Both the position numbers and the translations under genes were made by a program. Shown here one piece after another: positions 1 to 8,146 of a stretch of DNA of 64,000 nt. Origin of the DNA: an uncultured Flavobacteriales bacterium. GTDB lineage: Bacteria; Bacteroidota; Bacteroidia; CAIKAF01. Where the stretch lies: positions 43,782 to 107,781 of the forward strand of contig CAILUT010000005.1 in assembly GCA_903837495.1 (NCBI GenBank), in the 5' to 3' direction. The first letter of the stretch is position 1. Each line of letters begins with the position of its first letter. Below the pieces are notes generated by a model that was given only the letters and a program-made list of their open reading frames with translations, made no database searches and was not told the DNA's origin.

Positions 1-282
1 CACATTGTCTTTCCAAATGCGGGTCCGATCCAACCGCCGAAACGAAACCCGGCCGCCGGCATGAACAACCAAATCCTTTCCTGCAACCGCATCGCGGGCA
101 TCGAAACAATCCGTAAAATCACCTTCAACGTAGTTCAAATTTGGATGCTGCCAAGGCAGATCTTCCCGGCGTCTTCGAAGCAAATCCACGCGATGCCCCG
201 ATTGAACTAGGGCATACGCTAAATGCTGACCCAAAAAACCTCGACCTCCGGTCAACAAAATGGATAAAGACGATGATTGCAT
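1..282 (-). CDS. NAD-dependent epimerase/dehydratase family protein (N-terminal part; gene runs off window start)
   Basis: Reverse-complement translation MQSSSLSILLTGGRGFLGQHLAYALVQSGHRVDLL... has a Rossmann GxxGxxG motif. ATG is the complement of 280-282. Confidence 0.6.
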   Translation of the reverse strand, partial: MQSSSLSILLTGGRGFLGQHLAYALVQSGHRVDLLRRRREDLPWQHPNLNYVEGDFTDCFDARDAVAGKDLVVHAGGRVSFRRLDRTRIWKDNV

Positions 283-302
283 GAAGATTTACTGGTCAAT
301 GA

Positions 303-1805
303 TTGCAAAGTAACGCAGCGTTTTTCACTTTTGGCGGTCTTGCATTCGTGAAATCGTTACAACGGTATTTCTTTTTGCTGATTTCAGCATTGTTTATTCC
401 CCCGTTTGCTACGGTAGGCCGTGCGTTGGAAGGTCGCATGGTCTGCCAGAACGGGGGAGGACCTGAACAGGCCCCTGGCTTAAGCGTTTTTTATGGAGTT
501 ACCGGCGGGCCCAACGGTCCTGTGCGGGCAATGGAATTCGACAGTGCCTCAGGGATTATTTATGTAGGCGGATCCTTCACCTCGTTCTTAGCTGGAACAA
601 CCCAGGGCGATGGCCATGTTGCAGGATTCAATCCCATCACCAATCAATGGTTTGAAGTGGCGGGCGGATTGCCCGGAAAGGTAAACGATTTAATGTTCTG
701 GAATGGGATACTGTATGCCGGCGGATTATTCACGAACACCAACGGAGATGAATATGGGGTTGCTCGACTGGGCAACAGCGGCTGGGAAGAAGTAGGACTG
801 CTGAGCGGAGAAGTGCATTGCCTGCAGCTGTATCAAAATAAATTGCATGCGGGCGGGAACTTTGCCCTGAACGGGCAGGGCGGGACATCTACCTACATTG
901 CAAAATTCCTAAACGGCACTTGGAGCAGCCCCGGCTTTACCTTTAACGGAGTAGTAAAAACCATGTTGGAGTGGCAGGGGATGTTGGTCATGGGCGGAGA
1001 ATTCAACCACAGCGGACTCATGCCCAGCTTGCACGTGTTTGGCTGGAACGGAACTTCGGGCTGGGTCCCTGGCAGCCCCGGAGCCCCCGTTTATTCCCTA
1101 GAAATTTTTCAGGGGGAATTGTATGCCGGTGGCCCATTGCTTTCTGGATACGACACCTTTGGGTTGGCCAAATGGCAAAACAACCAATGGACAAACCTAA
1201 TTACGCTCGACTTCTTCAACAACACCTCGACCTTCTCGCCTACCCAGCTGGCCTCCATGGGATTTTGGAAAATAAAAAGCATCGAAAACCAGCATCCAGA
1301 TTATTTTTCGCCCCGGCAGCTGTACGCCATCGGCAATTTTTTGTTTCAACCCCAAAACTCCAATTCCCGTCCCGGGCAAAACATGCTAAGGCTCGATGCC
1401 GGCATAGGCCTTACCGGAGATAGCTTTGCCGACTCAACCGTTTACGATGTCATCGAAATCAACGGAACCCTATACGTCGCGGGGCTGTTTAGTACCATAA
1501 ATCAAATCCCGGCCTACTATTTTGGGTACAGCCGGCAAGAAGCCACCTCCATCGAAACCCACAATTCCGGCATTGGTCTTTTGAGTGCATTCCCAAATCC
1601 CAGTGCGGGCAGAATGGTTGAACTGCGTGGTTTGTCGGAATCCATGCTAGGTCAAAAAGGCAAACTGCTTAATGCCAGCGGGCAGGCGTTGGGGGAACTC
1701 ACGCTGCAATCGAACTACCAAGTAAATTTGGGCAATTTGCCCCCCGGAACCTACACCGCAAGCTGGCCCAACGGCCAATTTGTACGTTTTAGCCTTACAC
1801 CTTAA
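303..1805 (+). CDS. T9SS type-A C-terminal sorting domain protein with beta-propeller-like Gly-rich repeats
   Basis: ORF track. Repeated G-G/Y-A-GG units. C-terminus FPNPSAGRMVELRGL...GTYTASWPNGQFVRFSLTP is a typical Por secretion tail. Start is uncertain: TTG at 303 or GTG at 349 giving the signal peptide MKSLQRYFFLLISALF. Confidence 0.7.
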   Translation: MQSNAAFFTFGGLAFVKSLQRYFFLLISALFIPPFATVGRALEGRMVCQNGGGPEQAPGLSVFYGVTGGPNGPVRAMEFDSASGIIYVGGSFTSFLAGTTQGDGHVAGFNPITNQWFEVAGGLPGKVNDLMFWNGILYAGGLFTNTNGDEYGVARLGNSGWEEVGLLSGEVHCLQLYQNKLHAGGNFALNGQGGTSTYIAKFLNGTWSSPGFTFNGVVKTMLEWQGMLVMGGEFNHSGLMPSLHVFGWNGTSGWVPGSPGAPVYSLEIFQGELYAGGPLLSGYDTFGLAKWQNNQWTNLITLDFFNNTSTFSPTQLASMGFWKIKSIENQHPDYFSPRQLYAIGNFLFQPQNSNSRPGQNMLRLDAGIGLTGDSFADSTVYDVIEINGTLYVAGLFSTINQIPAYYFGYSRQEATSIETHNSGIGLLSAFPNPSAGRMVELRGLSESMLGQKGKLLNASGQALGELTLQSNYQVNLGNLPPGTYTASWPNGQFVRFSLTP

Positions 1806-1826
1806 TCCTGCTTCGCTTACCTTTGA

Positions 1827-2414
1827 ATGATGCGCCCGCTTGACCATATCGTTTCAGACTGCCTTAGGGGAAAACCCTCGGCGCAGCGGGAATTGTATGA
1901 CCGCTACGCGTCCCTGCTTCTGGGCATCTGCTTTCGCTATGCCAAAGGACGCGACGATGCCGAAGAAATCTTGCAACAATCCTTCATTAAGATTTTTACC
2001 CGCATGGAATCCTTCAACAATCAAGGCTCGTTCGAAGGCTGGATGAAGCGGGTAACCATCAATACGGCCCTGAACTTTTTAAGCAGCCAAAAACGCCTGG
2101 GATTCACCGAAGAGGTAACTCCGCAGACCGCCTTTCACAACGAAGACCCCGAGGCCGAAATGATCCGAAACATGGAACATGAAAAGCTGTTTGAATGCAT
2201 TGGTCGGCTGCCCGACGGCTACAGAGTGGTTCTTAACCTGTTTGCCATAGAAGGCCTAAGCCATAAAGAGATTGGCGAGCGCTTAGGCATTAATGAAAGC
2301 ACATCGCGTTCGCAATTCGTTCGGGCCAAATCGGCCCTGAAAAAAATATTGGAAGAGAGTTTTAACACAGATGCAATTCCCTATGTCGGTAAAGTGGTTC
2401 GAACTTCTGCGTAA
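1827..2414 (+). CDS. RNA polymerase sigma-70 factor, ECF subfamily
   Basis: Region 2 (LYDRYASLLLGICFRYAKGRDDAEEILQQSF) and region 4 (LPDGYRVVLNLFAIEGLSHKEIGERLGINESTSRSQFVRAKSAL) are conserved. Size is 195 aa. Confidence 0.85.
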   Translation: MMRPLDHIVSDCLRGKPSAQRELYDRYASLLLGICFRYAKGRDDAEEILQQSFIKIFTRMESFNNQGSFEGWMKRVTINTALNFLSSQKRLGFTEEVTPQTAFHNEDPEAEMIRNMEHEKLFECIGRLPDGYRVVLNLFAIEGLSHKEIGERLGINESTSRSQFVRAKSALKKILEESFNTDAIPYVGKVVRTSA

Positions 2415-4236
2415 GCGTGCCGGGGAGTTTCGTATGACTCCCCCGGATCGGATTTTCAGGCAGGTTCAAAATGAACTGCCCGGCCAAGCTATTCCCGGTT
2501 TGAAGGAGCAGGCCGAAGCATTTGTTGTGCAACCCTCTGCAGGCTTGTTTGACGGAATACAAGCAGGTTTGGCCAACCAAGTAGCTCCCGCATTGCAGGA
2601 ACAGGCCGACGCTTTTCGCCTAAATCCTTCCGAGCAGCTGTTTGAAAAAATTCAACAGCAACTTCCAGGGCAGGCCCTTCCCGCCTTGTCCGAAAAAGCG
2701 ACCGACTTCCGCCTACAGCCCTCGGCTAAGCTGTTTCAACACATTCAACGCCGCATGCAAGCACGCCGCCGCCGCCGTGCAGCGGCCCTCTTGCTCACAA
2801 TCCTCATCTTGGGCTCCGCTGCCTGGGTCTTGCCCACATTCTTTGGCGATTCAGGCCTGGGAACCGCCAACCAGAGCTCGGAAACGGCCCAAACTCCATT
2901 AAAAAATCAAAATCAAAACACCCCGGGTACAGAGAACCCAGAACAGCCCGAAGCAGAACCGGCAACTGCCACCGAAACAGCCTTTTCAGCCACCGGAGCA
3001 GAAAGCCTAGAGCCTTCAAACAGCAGCAATACCGGTACCGGCAGACCGAAGCAAAGCAGTTCGAAAAACAGAAATACGAGCGGGCAGGAAGAAGCCGAAA
3101 CAGGCAAAACCAAGGCCTCGGCAGCCTCCGAAAAAGAACAAGCAAGCGGCTTGGCTGCCAAAAACTCGGCTGGGCTACATTCCAACCGATCTGAGAAAAA
3201 ATCAACCCAACCCAACGGGGCTCGGCGTTCGGGAAGAGGGAATAGAAACGGGCAGGCGGAATCTGCCTCAGGCTTAGCCGGCGACCAAAAAGGAAAAGCC
3301 GAACTAGGTTTAAGCAAGCGTGAAAGCTGGGAGCCGCTGGAGTTGAAATGGGAAAAATACCAGGCACAGCGCATCGAACCCGTGTTTAGCTGGAGTTCCT
3401 TCAACAACCGCTGGAAGCGCCCACACATAGAAAAAGTATTTCTGCGTACTCCCCAGCGCCGCCCAGCCCGATTCTCGCTGCGCGGACAATTCGAAGCCAC
3501 GGCCTTAGCTACACAAATGGACTTTAGCGAAAACCCAGATTACCAAGGCAAAAAAAGCAGTTTGTTGAATCCCGCTTCTTATCAGGACTTAGAGTCAAGG
3601 CTTCAAACTCCCGACTTTTCATACCAGGTTCAAGCCGGGTTGGAGTTCGGGTTCCGATCGGTTTACCTGCGCACGGGGCTAAGTTTGCTGCGCTTGACCT
3701 ACCAGCAAAACGAGCTGCAATTTGAGCACAAATCATTGATTGTAAACGTACCCGTTACCGACACCCTGACCTTTACCAACAGTGCGGGAGTTGATACCAC
3801 GGTGGTGTACAGCTACATCAAGCCCGAGCTAAAAGACGTGCTAGACACCACGCGCATCACCTACTCGGCGCGGGCCACCTATGCGAGTATTCCCTTGGCT
3901 TTTGGCTACCGACACGAGCGGGGCCGATGGTTTGCCCAGGCCGACGTAGGCGTGGCTCTGAATCTTTTTATTGAGGGCCGCGGATTGGCCTACATGGCTG
4001 CCGGGGCCACAGTATTGGCTCCCACGGGTCAGGCCGATCAGGCATTGTGGAACAGCTTGGGCTTAGACGCCACAGCCCGACTCAAAGCAGGCTTAAAACT
4101 ATCGCGACGCTGGTCAGCCGCCCTGCACCTCGACTTGCGCATGGGCTTACGCCCAGTGTATTCGAGCGATCACGCCCTGCACCAAACCTATTCCGGCATG
4201 GGCCTAGGCTTCTCGCTAAACCACAGGATTTACTAG
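2371..4236 (+). CDS. anti-sigma-factor-like membrane protein with C-terminal outer-membrane beta-barrel (PorT/OMP_b-brl-like) domain
   Basis: Overlaps the 3' end of the ECF sigma gene. It has three tandem repeats of about 31 aa at the N-terminus, an R-rich stretch followed by one TM helix (AAALLLTILILGSAAWVLP), a long S/N/Q/E-rich low-complexity linker, and a C-terminal roughly 250 aa with alternating hydrophobic beta-strand pattern ending in an aromatic residue. Confidence 0.55.
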   Translation: MQFPMSVKWFELLRKRAGEFRMTPPDRIFRQVQNELPGQAIPGLKEQAEAFVVQPSAGLFDGIQAGLANQVAPALQEQADAFRLNPSEQLFEKIQQQLPGQALPALSEKATDFRLQPSAKLFQHIQRRMQARRRRRAAALLLTILILGSAAWVLPTFFGDSGLGTANQSSETAQTPLKNQNQNTPGTENPEQPEAEPATATETAFSATGAESLEPSNSSNTGTGRPKQSSSKNRNTSGQEEAETGKTKASAASEKEQASGLAAKNSAGLHSNRSEKKSTQPNGARRSGRGNRNGQAESASGLAGDQKGKAELGLSKRESWEPLELKWEKYQAQRIEPVFSWSSFNNRWKRPHIEKVFLRTPQRRPARFSLRGQFEATALATQMDFSENPDYQGKKSSLLNPASYQDLESRLQTPDFSYQVQAGLEFGFRSVYLRTGLSLLRLTYQQNELQFEHKSLIVNVPVTDTLTFTNSAGVDTTVVYSYIKPELKDVLDTTRITYSARATYASIPLAFGYRHERGRWFAQADVGVALNLFIEGRGLAYMAAGATVLAPTGQADQALWNSLGLDATARLKAGLKLSRRWSAALHLDLRMGLRPVYSSDHALHQTYSGMGLGFSLNHRIY

Positions 4237-4300
4237 TAGAGACGCAATATTTTGCGTCTCCGCAATATTTTGCGTCTGCGCAATATATCGCGTCTCCGCC
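4236..4300. repeat. REP hairpin cluster 1 (1 full + 2 degenerate copies of GAGACGCAATATTTTGCGTCTC)
   Basis: Palindromic stem GTAGAGACGC/GCGTCTCTAC seen directly. Overlaps the stop codon of the upstream gene. Confidence 0.7.
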
Positions 4301-4329
4301 GGTCGCATTCCCATACATCGGTTTTTGTT

Positions 4330-4473
4330 GGGGCGGCAGCCGGGCTTTCCGGGCTACTCCGCGGTCCAAAGCGGGCCGGTGCAAGCCCGGCAGTAGCTCC
4401 TCGCGTCGCTCTGCCGTGCCAACACCGGCAGCCGCTTTGGCCCTTGCGGGGTAGCCGCGTCAATCCCTGCCGC
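4330..4473 (-). repeat. GC-rich nested-hairpin intergenic element, copy A (inverted orientation)
   Basis: Ends GGGGCGGCAG...TCAATCCCTGCCGC. Internal reverse complement of the conserved core. About 70% GC against roughly 50% background. Confidence 0.65.
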
Positions 4474-4682
4474 GGGCGGCCTGGGTGAAAAACCAACAAT
4501 ATAGAATAGAGCCGCATGGGAACATCAAACACAATGTGTTGATTGCCAATTAATTAGACCTGCCAGCCTTGACAAAACAGGGAGATTGGCTTATTTTTGT
4601 TGGTTCAAAGAATCTAGGGAATACCGCAGCGCAATTGGGAGTTCCGCATCTCTGGATATTTTTCAAAATTAAAACGTCAAGA

Positions 4683-5402
4683 ATGGAAAAATTCAAGAAC
4701 AAATACCGCATTGCCTCGACCCGCGCCACATACTGGGATTATGGCTGGAATGCCGCCTATTTTATTACCATCATTACCCAAAATTGGTCTTGCTGGTTTG
4801 GCAAGGTGAAAAACAAAAAGATGGAATTATCAGACCTAGGCGCGTATGCAAATTCGTGCTGGTTGGAAATACCGAACCACTTCCCCTTTGTAGAATTGGG
4901 TGCTCATGTAATTATGCCAAACCACGTTCACGGCATTTTGATTATTAACAAACCGGTCGTAGAGACGCAATATTTTGCGTCTCCCGCCGGTAAATCAAAC
5001 CATAGCGACAACGTCGTAGAGACGCAAAATATTGCGTCTCCCGACGACAAATCAGATCGTAGCGACAACGTCGTAGAGACGCAATATTTTGCGTCTCCCA
5101 ACGGGAAATCAGACCGTAGCGACAACGTCGTAGAGACGCAAAATATTGCGTCTCTACAAACGCCACAAAACAAATTCGGGCCACAATCCCAAAATTTGGC
5201 GGCCATCGTTCGTGGATATAAAATAGGCGTAACAAAAAACGCCCGGTTGATTCACCCGAAATTCAAATGGCAACCCCGGTTCCATGACCACATTATACGT
5301 GATGAAAGGGCATTTAATGCCATTTCAAATTACATTTTAAAAACCCCGCCAAATGGAATTCCAATCGGTAGAGACGCACTATTTTGCGTCTCCCGCCGGT
5401 AA
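4683..5402 (+). CDS. REP-associated tyrosine transposase (RAYT; IS200/IS605-like HuH Y1 transposase) carrying an in-frame 68-aa REP-array insertion
   Basis: N-terminal YRIASTRATYWDYGWNAAYFITIIT, HuH motif VIMPNHVHGIL, then C-terminal WQPRFHDHIIRDERAFNAISNYILKTP (catalytic Tyr motif). Between the HuH and Tyr motifs sit four REP units translated as VVETQYFASP.../VVETQNIASP... Confidence 0.7.
   Translation: MEKFKNKYRIASTRATYWDYGWNAAYFITIITQNWSCWFGKVKNKKMELSDLGAYANSCWLEIPNHFPFVELGAHVIMPNHVHGILIINKPVVETQYFASPAGKSNHSDNVVETQNIASPDDKSDRSDNVVETQYFASPNGKSDRSDNVVETQNIASLQTPQNKFGPQSQNLAAIVRGYKIGVTKNARLIHPKFKWQPRFHDHIIRDERAFNAISNYILKTPPNGIPIGRDALFCVSRR
4956..5157. repeat. REP array (4 hairpins, alternating loop orientation, 53-60 bp period) inside the RAYT ORF
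   Basis: GTCGTAGAGACGCAATATTTTGCGTCTCC and GTAGAGACGCAAAATATTGCGTCTCTAC alternate. Inter-hairpin segments are near-identical (..AAATCAGACCGTAGCGACAACGTC). Confidence 0.8.
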
Positions 5403-5614
5403 TTCAAACCGCAGCGACAACGTCGTAGAGACGCACTATTTTGCGTCTCCCAACGAGAATTCAAACCGTAGCGACACCGTAGGGACGCACTATTTTGCGT
5501 CTCCCGCCGGGAATTAAAACCGTAGCGACACCGTAGAGACGCACTATTTTGCGTCTCCCAACGAGAATTCAAACCGTAGCGACACCATAGAGACGCAAAA
5601 TATTGCGTCTCTAC
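5368..5614. repeat. REP array (5 hairpins, period about 54 bp) at the 3' end of and downstream of RAYT
   Basis: GTAGAGACGCACTATTTTGCGTCTCC repeated four times, then GTAGAGACGCAAAATATTGCGTCTCTAC. Spacers are all about AATTCAAACCGTAGCGACACCGTA. Confidence 0.8.
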
Positions 5615-5661
5615 GGCGTAAAATCCCGCGAAATTGAATAAATTTGACCAAAATTATTGAC

Positions 5662-6039
5662 ATGAACGCACCAACAAATTGCAAGTTCTCGAAAGACCAC
5701 GAATGGATTAAATTAGACGGGGATGTTGCCATCGTCGGAATTTCGGAATTTGCGCAAGGGGAATTGGGTGATATTGTATTTATTGAAGTAGAAACCGTTG
5801 GTGAAAACATAGAAAAAGACGGTGTTTTTGGCAGCGTTGAAGCCGTAAAGACCGTTTCGGATTTGTTCATGCCGGTAGCTGGAGAGGTGCTGGAATTCAA
5901 TGAAAACCTAAACAACAATCCCGAGCTGGTAAACAGCGACCCCTACGGCGAAGGCTGGATTGTCAAGGTAAAAGTGAGCAATCCCGAGCAATTAAGCGCG
6001 CTGATGGACAGCGAGGCCTACTTGGCTTTTATTGGCTAA
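5662..6039 (+). CDS. gcvH: glycine cleavage system protein H
   Basis: [42 protein letters not shown]...[18 protein letters not shown] with the lipoyl-lysine motif. 126 aa. Confidence 0.9.
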   Translation: MNAPTNCKFSKDHEWIKLDGDVAIVGISEFAQGELGDIVFIEVETVGENIEKDGVFGSVEAVKTVSDLFMPVAGEVLEFNENLNNNPELVNSDPYGEGWIVKVKVSNPEQLSALMDSEAYLAFIG

Positions 6040-6042
6040 GCC

Positions 6043-6471
6043 ATGTTCTGGCGGCACAACGGCATTGCTTTCTTTCTTACCGTTTTGGCTGGTAGTCTGT
6101 GTCTGATTCCCGGCAAAGATTTGACTGCGTCTCCCTTTGTGAGTTTTGATAAACTCGCACATCTGGCTCTGTTTACTCTGATTTCGTTGAGCTGGATGGT
6201 GGGGCTGCGCAAACAAAGTCGATTTGGATACCTGCGCGAACATTTTTTTCCCTTGGTTATTACCGCTGGGATTTTTTACGGAATCGCCCTAGAGCTTATG
6301 CAAGGAGCGCTTTTTGTGGACCGCTATGCCGACTGGAAAGATGCCCTGGCCGATGCTTTGGGAGTGCTGCTGGGAGCCCTTATATTTTTGGCAGTGTACG
6401 GAAAAATAGCCTTCCAAAACACCTCGCGCCGCAGCCTTCCGGGGCAATTGGTTGAACGTTTTTTGCCCTGA
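6043..6471 (+). CDS. VanZ family membrane protein
   Basis: 4-TM small protein with VanZ-like signatures (FDKLAHLALF...GALFVDRYADWKDALADALGVLLG). Follows gcvH, as is typical in Bacteroidota. Confidence 0.7.
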   Translation: MFWRHNGIAFFLTVLAGSLCLIPGKDLTASPFVSFDKLAHLALFTLISLSWMVGLRKQSRFGYLREHFFPLVITAGIFYGIALELMQGALFVDRYADWKDALADALGVLLGALIFLAVYGKIAFQNTSRRSLPGQLVERFLP

Positions 6472-6486
6472 AACGTAAAAACCCAT

Positions 6487-6508
6487 GAAACGCCTTGGCA
6501 AGTCCAAG
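6487..6508 (+). terminator. candidate rho-independent terminator after gcvH-vanZ
   Basis: GCCTTGG-CAAGT-CCAAGGC 7-bp stem followed by a weak T-rich tract. Confidence 0.35.
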
Positions 6509-6541
6509 GCAATGTTGTATCTTTAATCAATCTTTGTTGTT

Positions 6542-7258
6542 ATGAAAGACAGGAAAAAACCCGAAGTGGATCTCCGTAAATATGGGACTCTCATGTTTGC
6601 TCTAGCCCTTACCCTATCGGTTTCGGCGGTATTGATGGCCACCGAATTTCGGTACTTTGAAGAGCGGCTTTTGGAAATTTTTATTGCAGAAGAAGAGTTT
6701 TTGGTGCAGGAACAGGTAATCAATTACATACCACCACCGCCCTCGGCCGCTCCTAAGCCTCCCCCTCCCTCGGTTGTAGAACAGATTCGAATTGTTGAAA
6801 ACGAGGTTGAACTAGAGCAAGAAGTTGAAATCGACGTTGAAATTGACCTAGAAACTGAAGTGTCGGATCAGCAGGGAGAATTTGGTCAGCAAGAAGAAGC
6901 GGTTCAAGACGATCAGATATTTCAGATTGTGGAAGACATGCCCCGCTTTGCCGGTTGCGAAAAGGCCAAAGACATAGATGCCTGCTTTCAAGAGAAATTG
7001 TATGCGTTTTTGGGTAAAAACCTAAAGTATCCGCCCACAGCAAAAGACATGGGAATTACCGGAAAGGTGTATGTTGGTTTTGTGGTTGAAAAAGACGGCA
7101 GCGTTGGCCAGGTTACTGTGTTGCGCGACATTGGTGGTGGTTGCGGGAATGAAGCCAAGCGGGTAATTTCAAATTTACCAAATTTTACCCCCGGGAAGCA
7201 ACGTGGACGGCCTGTGCGGGTGCAGTACCAACTGCCCATTAATTTCCAACTTCGCTAA
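6542..7258 (+). CDS. tonB: energy transducer TonB
   Basis: N-terminal TM, Pro-rich PPPPSAAPKPPPPS spacer, and C-terminal TonB_C domain (MPRFAGCE...GKVYVGFVVEKDGSV...VQYQLPINFQL). Confidence 0.8.
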   Translation: MKDRKKPEVDLRKYGTLMFALALTLSVSAVLMATEFRYFEERLLEIFIAEEEFLVQEQVINYIPPPPSAAPKPPPPSVVEQIRIVENEVELEQEVEIDVEIDLETEVSDQQGEFGQQEEAVQDDQIFQIVEDMPRFAGCEKAKDIDACFQEKLYAFLGKNLKYPPTAKDMGITGKVYVGFVVEKDGSVGQVTVLRDIGGGCGNEAKRVISNLPNFTPGKQRGRPVRVQYQLPINFQLR

Positions 7259-7385
7259 AACGAGGGGTTGCGGAAATGGGGCCAAGCGCGTAATTTCAAA
7301 TATACCAAATTTTACCCCCGGGAAGCAACGTGGACGGCCTGTGCGGGTGCAGTACCAACTGCCCATTGACTTCCAACTTTGCTAA
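7138..7385 (+). repeat. tandem direct duplication (2 x about 120 bp, about 93% identity, 8-bp spacer) of the tonB 3' end
   Basis: 7138-7257 and 7266-7385 align base-for-base (GGTTGCGG[G/A]AATG...CCAACTT[C/T]GCTAA). The second copy encodes the orphan GCGNGAKRVISNIPNFTPGKQRGRPVRVQYQLPIDFQLC. Confidence 0.75.
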
Positions 7386-7659
7386 TACCAATTGCGCTTG
7401 CTTAAACCGAGAGGGCGGTGCACGGGGAACATAAAACCTGGTTGGATTTCGCCCTGAGCTTATTTTGGGCTATTGCTTGCTTTGCCTGGAAGCAGTAGCA
7501 TGAACGCTTGGGGACAGAATGTGCAAGAAACCAAATTAAAACAACAGCGTGGTCTAAAGTGAATATGCCGGTTTATTCTGGCCGTAAAAATCACAGGATA
7601 AGAATGCGTTTTTTTTAGAAAAATTCAGTGCTTTTTGGGACGCCAACTTAAGGTATCTG

Positions 7660-7887
7660 GTGGAGGCGAAATCTATGGGTATTGCAAGCAAAGCAAGGGA
7701 GAAAATGGTCGTAAACAAAGAGAGACCTGTAGAATACATAGAGGTGGTTTCAGATATTGGTGGTGTTTGTGGGGCAGAGGCCCAGCGGGTGAATGGGCTT
7801 ATGCCTCGGTATAATATAGGCAAACAAGAAGGAAAACAAATTCGTGTGCAGTGCGAATTTCCAACATCATTTCAATTCAGACCGTAG
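7660..7887 (+). pseudogene. orphan, diverged TonB C-terminal domain fragment
   Basis: 75-aa ORF ...VVSDIGGVCGAEAQRVNGLMPRYNIGKQEGKQIRVQCEFPTSFQF parallels the TonB_C end of the 6542 gene. It has no N-terminal TM or Pro-rich region. Confidence 0.45.
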
Positions 7888-7960
7888 TTTTACTTTAAGG
7901 TGTAGGAGTGGGATTGCTAGGGCTTTAGTGAAATGAGGGCGCAGAACGATTGAGTGGCCT

Positions 7961-8103
7961 GCGGCAGGGATTGAAGAGGGTTGCCCGCAAGGTTGGCAGG
8001 GCCTGGCCCGCGTGGCGCGGAGGCGACTTTAGGAGCCCCCGCAAGCCCGCTGGGACAGCCCCTGGCAACCGCGGACTACCCCTGAAAGCCCAGCTGCCGC
8101 CCT
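7961..8103 (+). repeat. GC-rich nested-hairpin intergenic element, copy B
   Basis: GCGGCAGGGATTGAAGAGGGTTGCCCGCAAGG...GCGCGGAGGCGACTTTAGGAGCCCCCGCAAGCCCGCTGGG...GAAAGCCCAGCTGCCGCCC. Internal stem GGTTGGCAGGG/CCCTGGCAACC. Confidence 0.7.
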
Positions 8104-8146
8104 AAAGAAAATATGTATCGAAAGCTGTGAGAAGAGGCGCGGCCTG

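Larger units (their letters stand above)
4236..5614 (+). mobile_element. REP-RAYT locus: REP-associated tyrosine transposase gene flanked and interrupted by REP hairpin arrays
   Basis: A HuH/Y1 transposase ORF (4683-5402) has REP clusters at 4236-4300, 4956-5157 (internal) and 5368-5614. Confidence 0.7.

Noticed and set aside
2642-3736. Long antisense/alternate-frame ORFs inside the anti-sigma gene (2642..2902, 2804..3367, 2913..3500, 3524..3736)
   Set aside because: They overlap the low-complexity GC-biased linker region of a well-supported plus-strand gene. The peptides are compositionally skewed (Arg/Pro/Ser-rich) and there are no independent start signals.
4956-5614. Possible CRISPR array (28-bp palindromic repeats at about 54-60 bp period)
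   Set aside because: The 'spacers' between hairpins are nearly identical to each other (..AATTCAAACCGTAGCGACA(A/C)CGT..), not unique. The hairpin recurs as singlets or doublets elsewhere (4236, 63250). No cas genes are present. The array lies inside/around an IS200-like transposase. This is a REP/BIME-type array, not CRISPR.
4047-5918. ORF-track entries 4047..4454, 4082..4384, 4233..4532, 4252..4488, 4928..5206, 4945..5235, 5330..5572, 5544..5918 as coding genes
   Set aside because: All are translations of the GC-rich element or of REP hairpin arrays in various frames. They give repetitive peptides such as ETQYFASLRRCRYG..., show no start context, and overlap each other and real genes.
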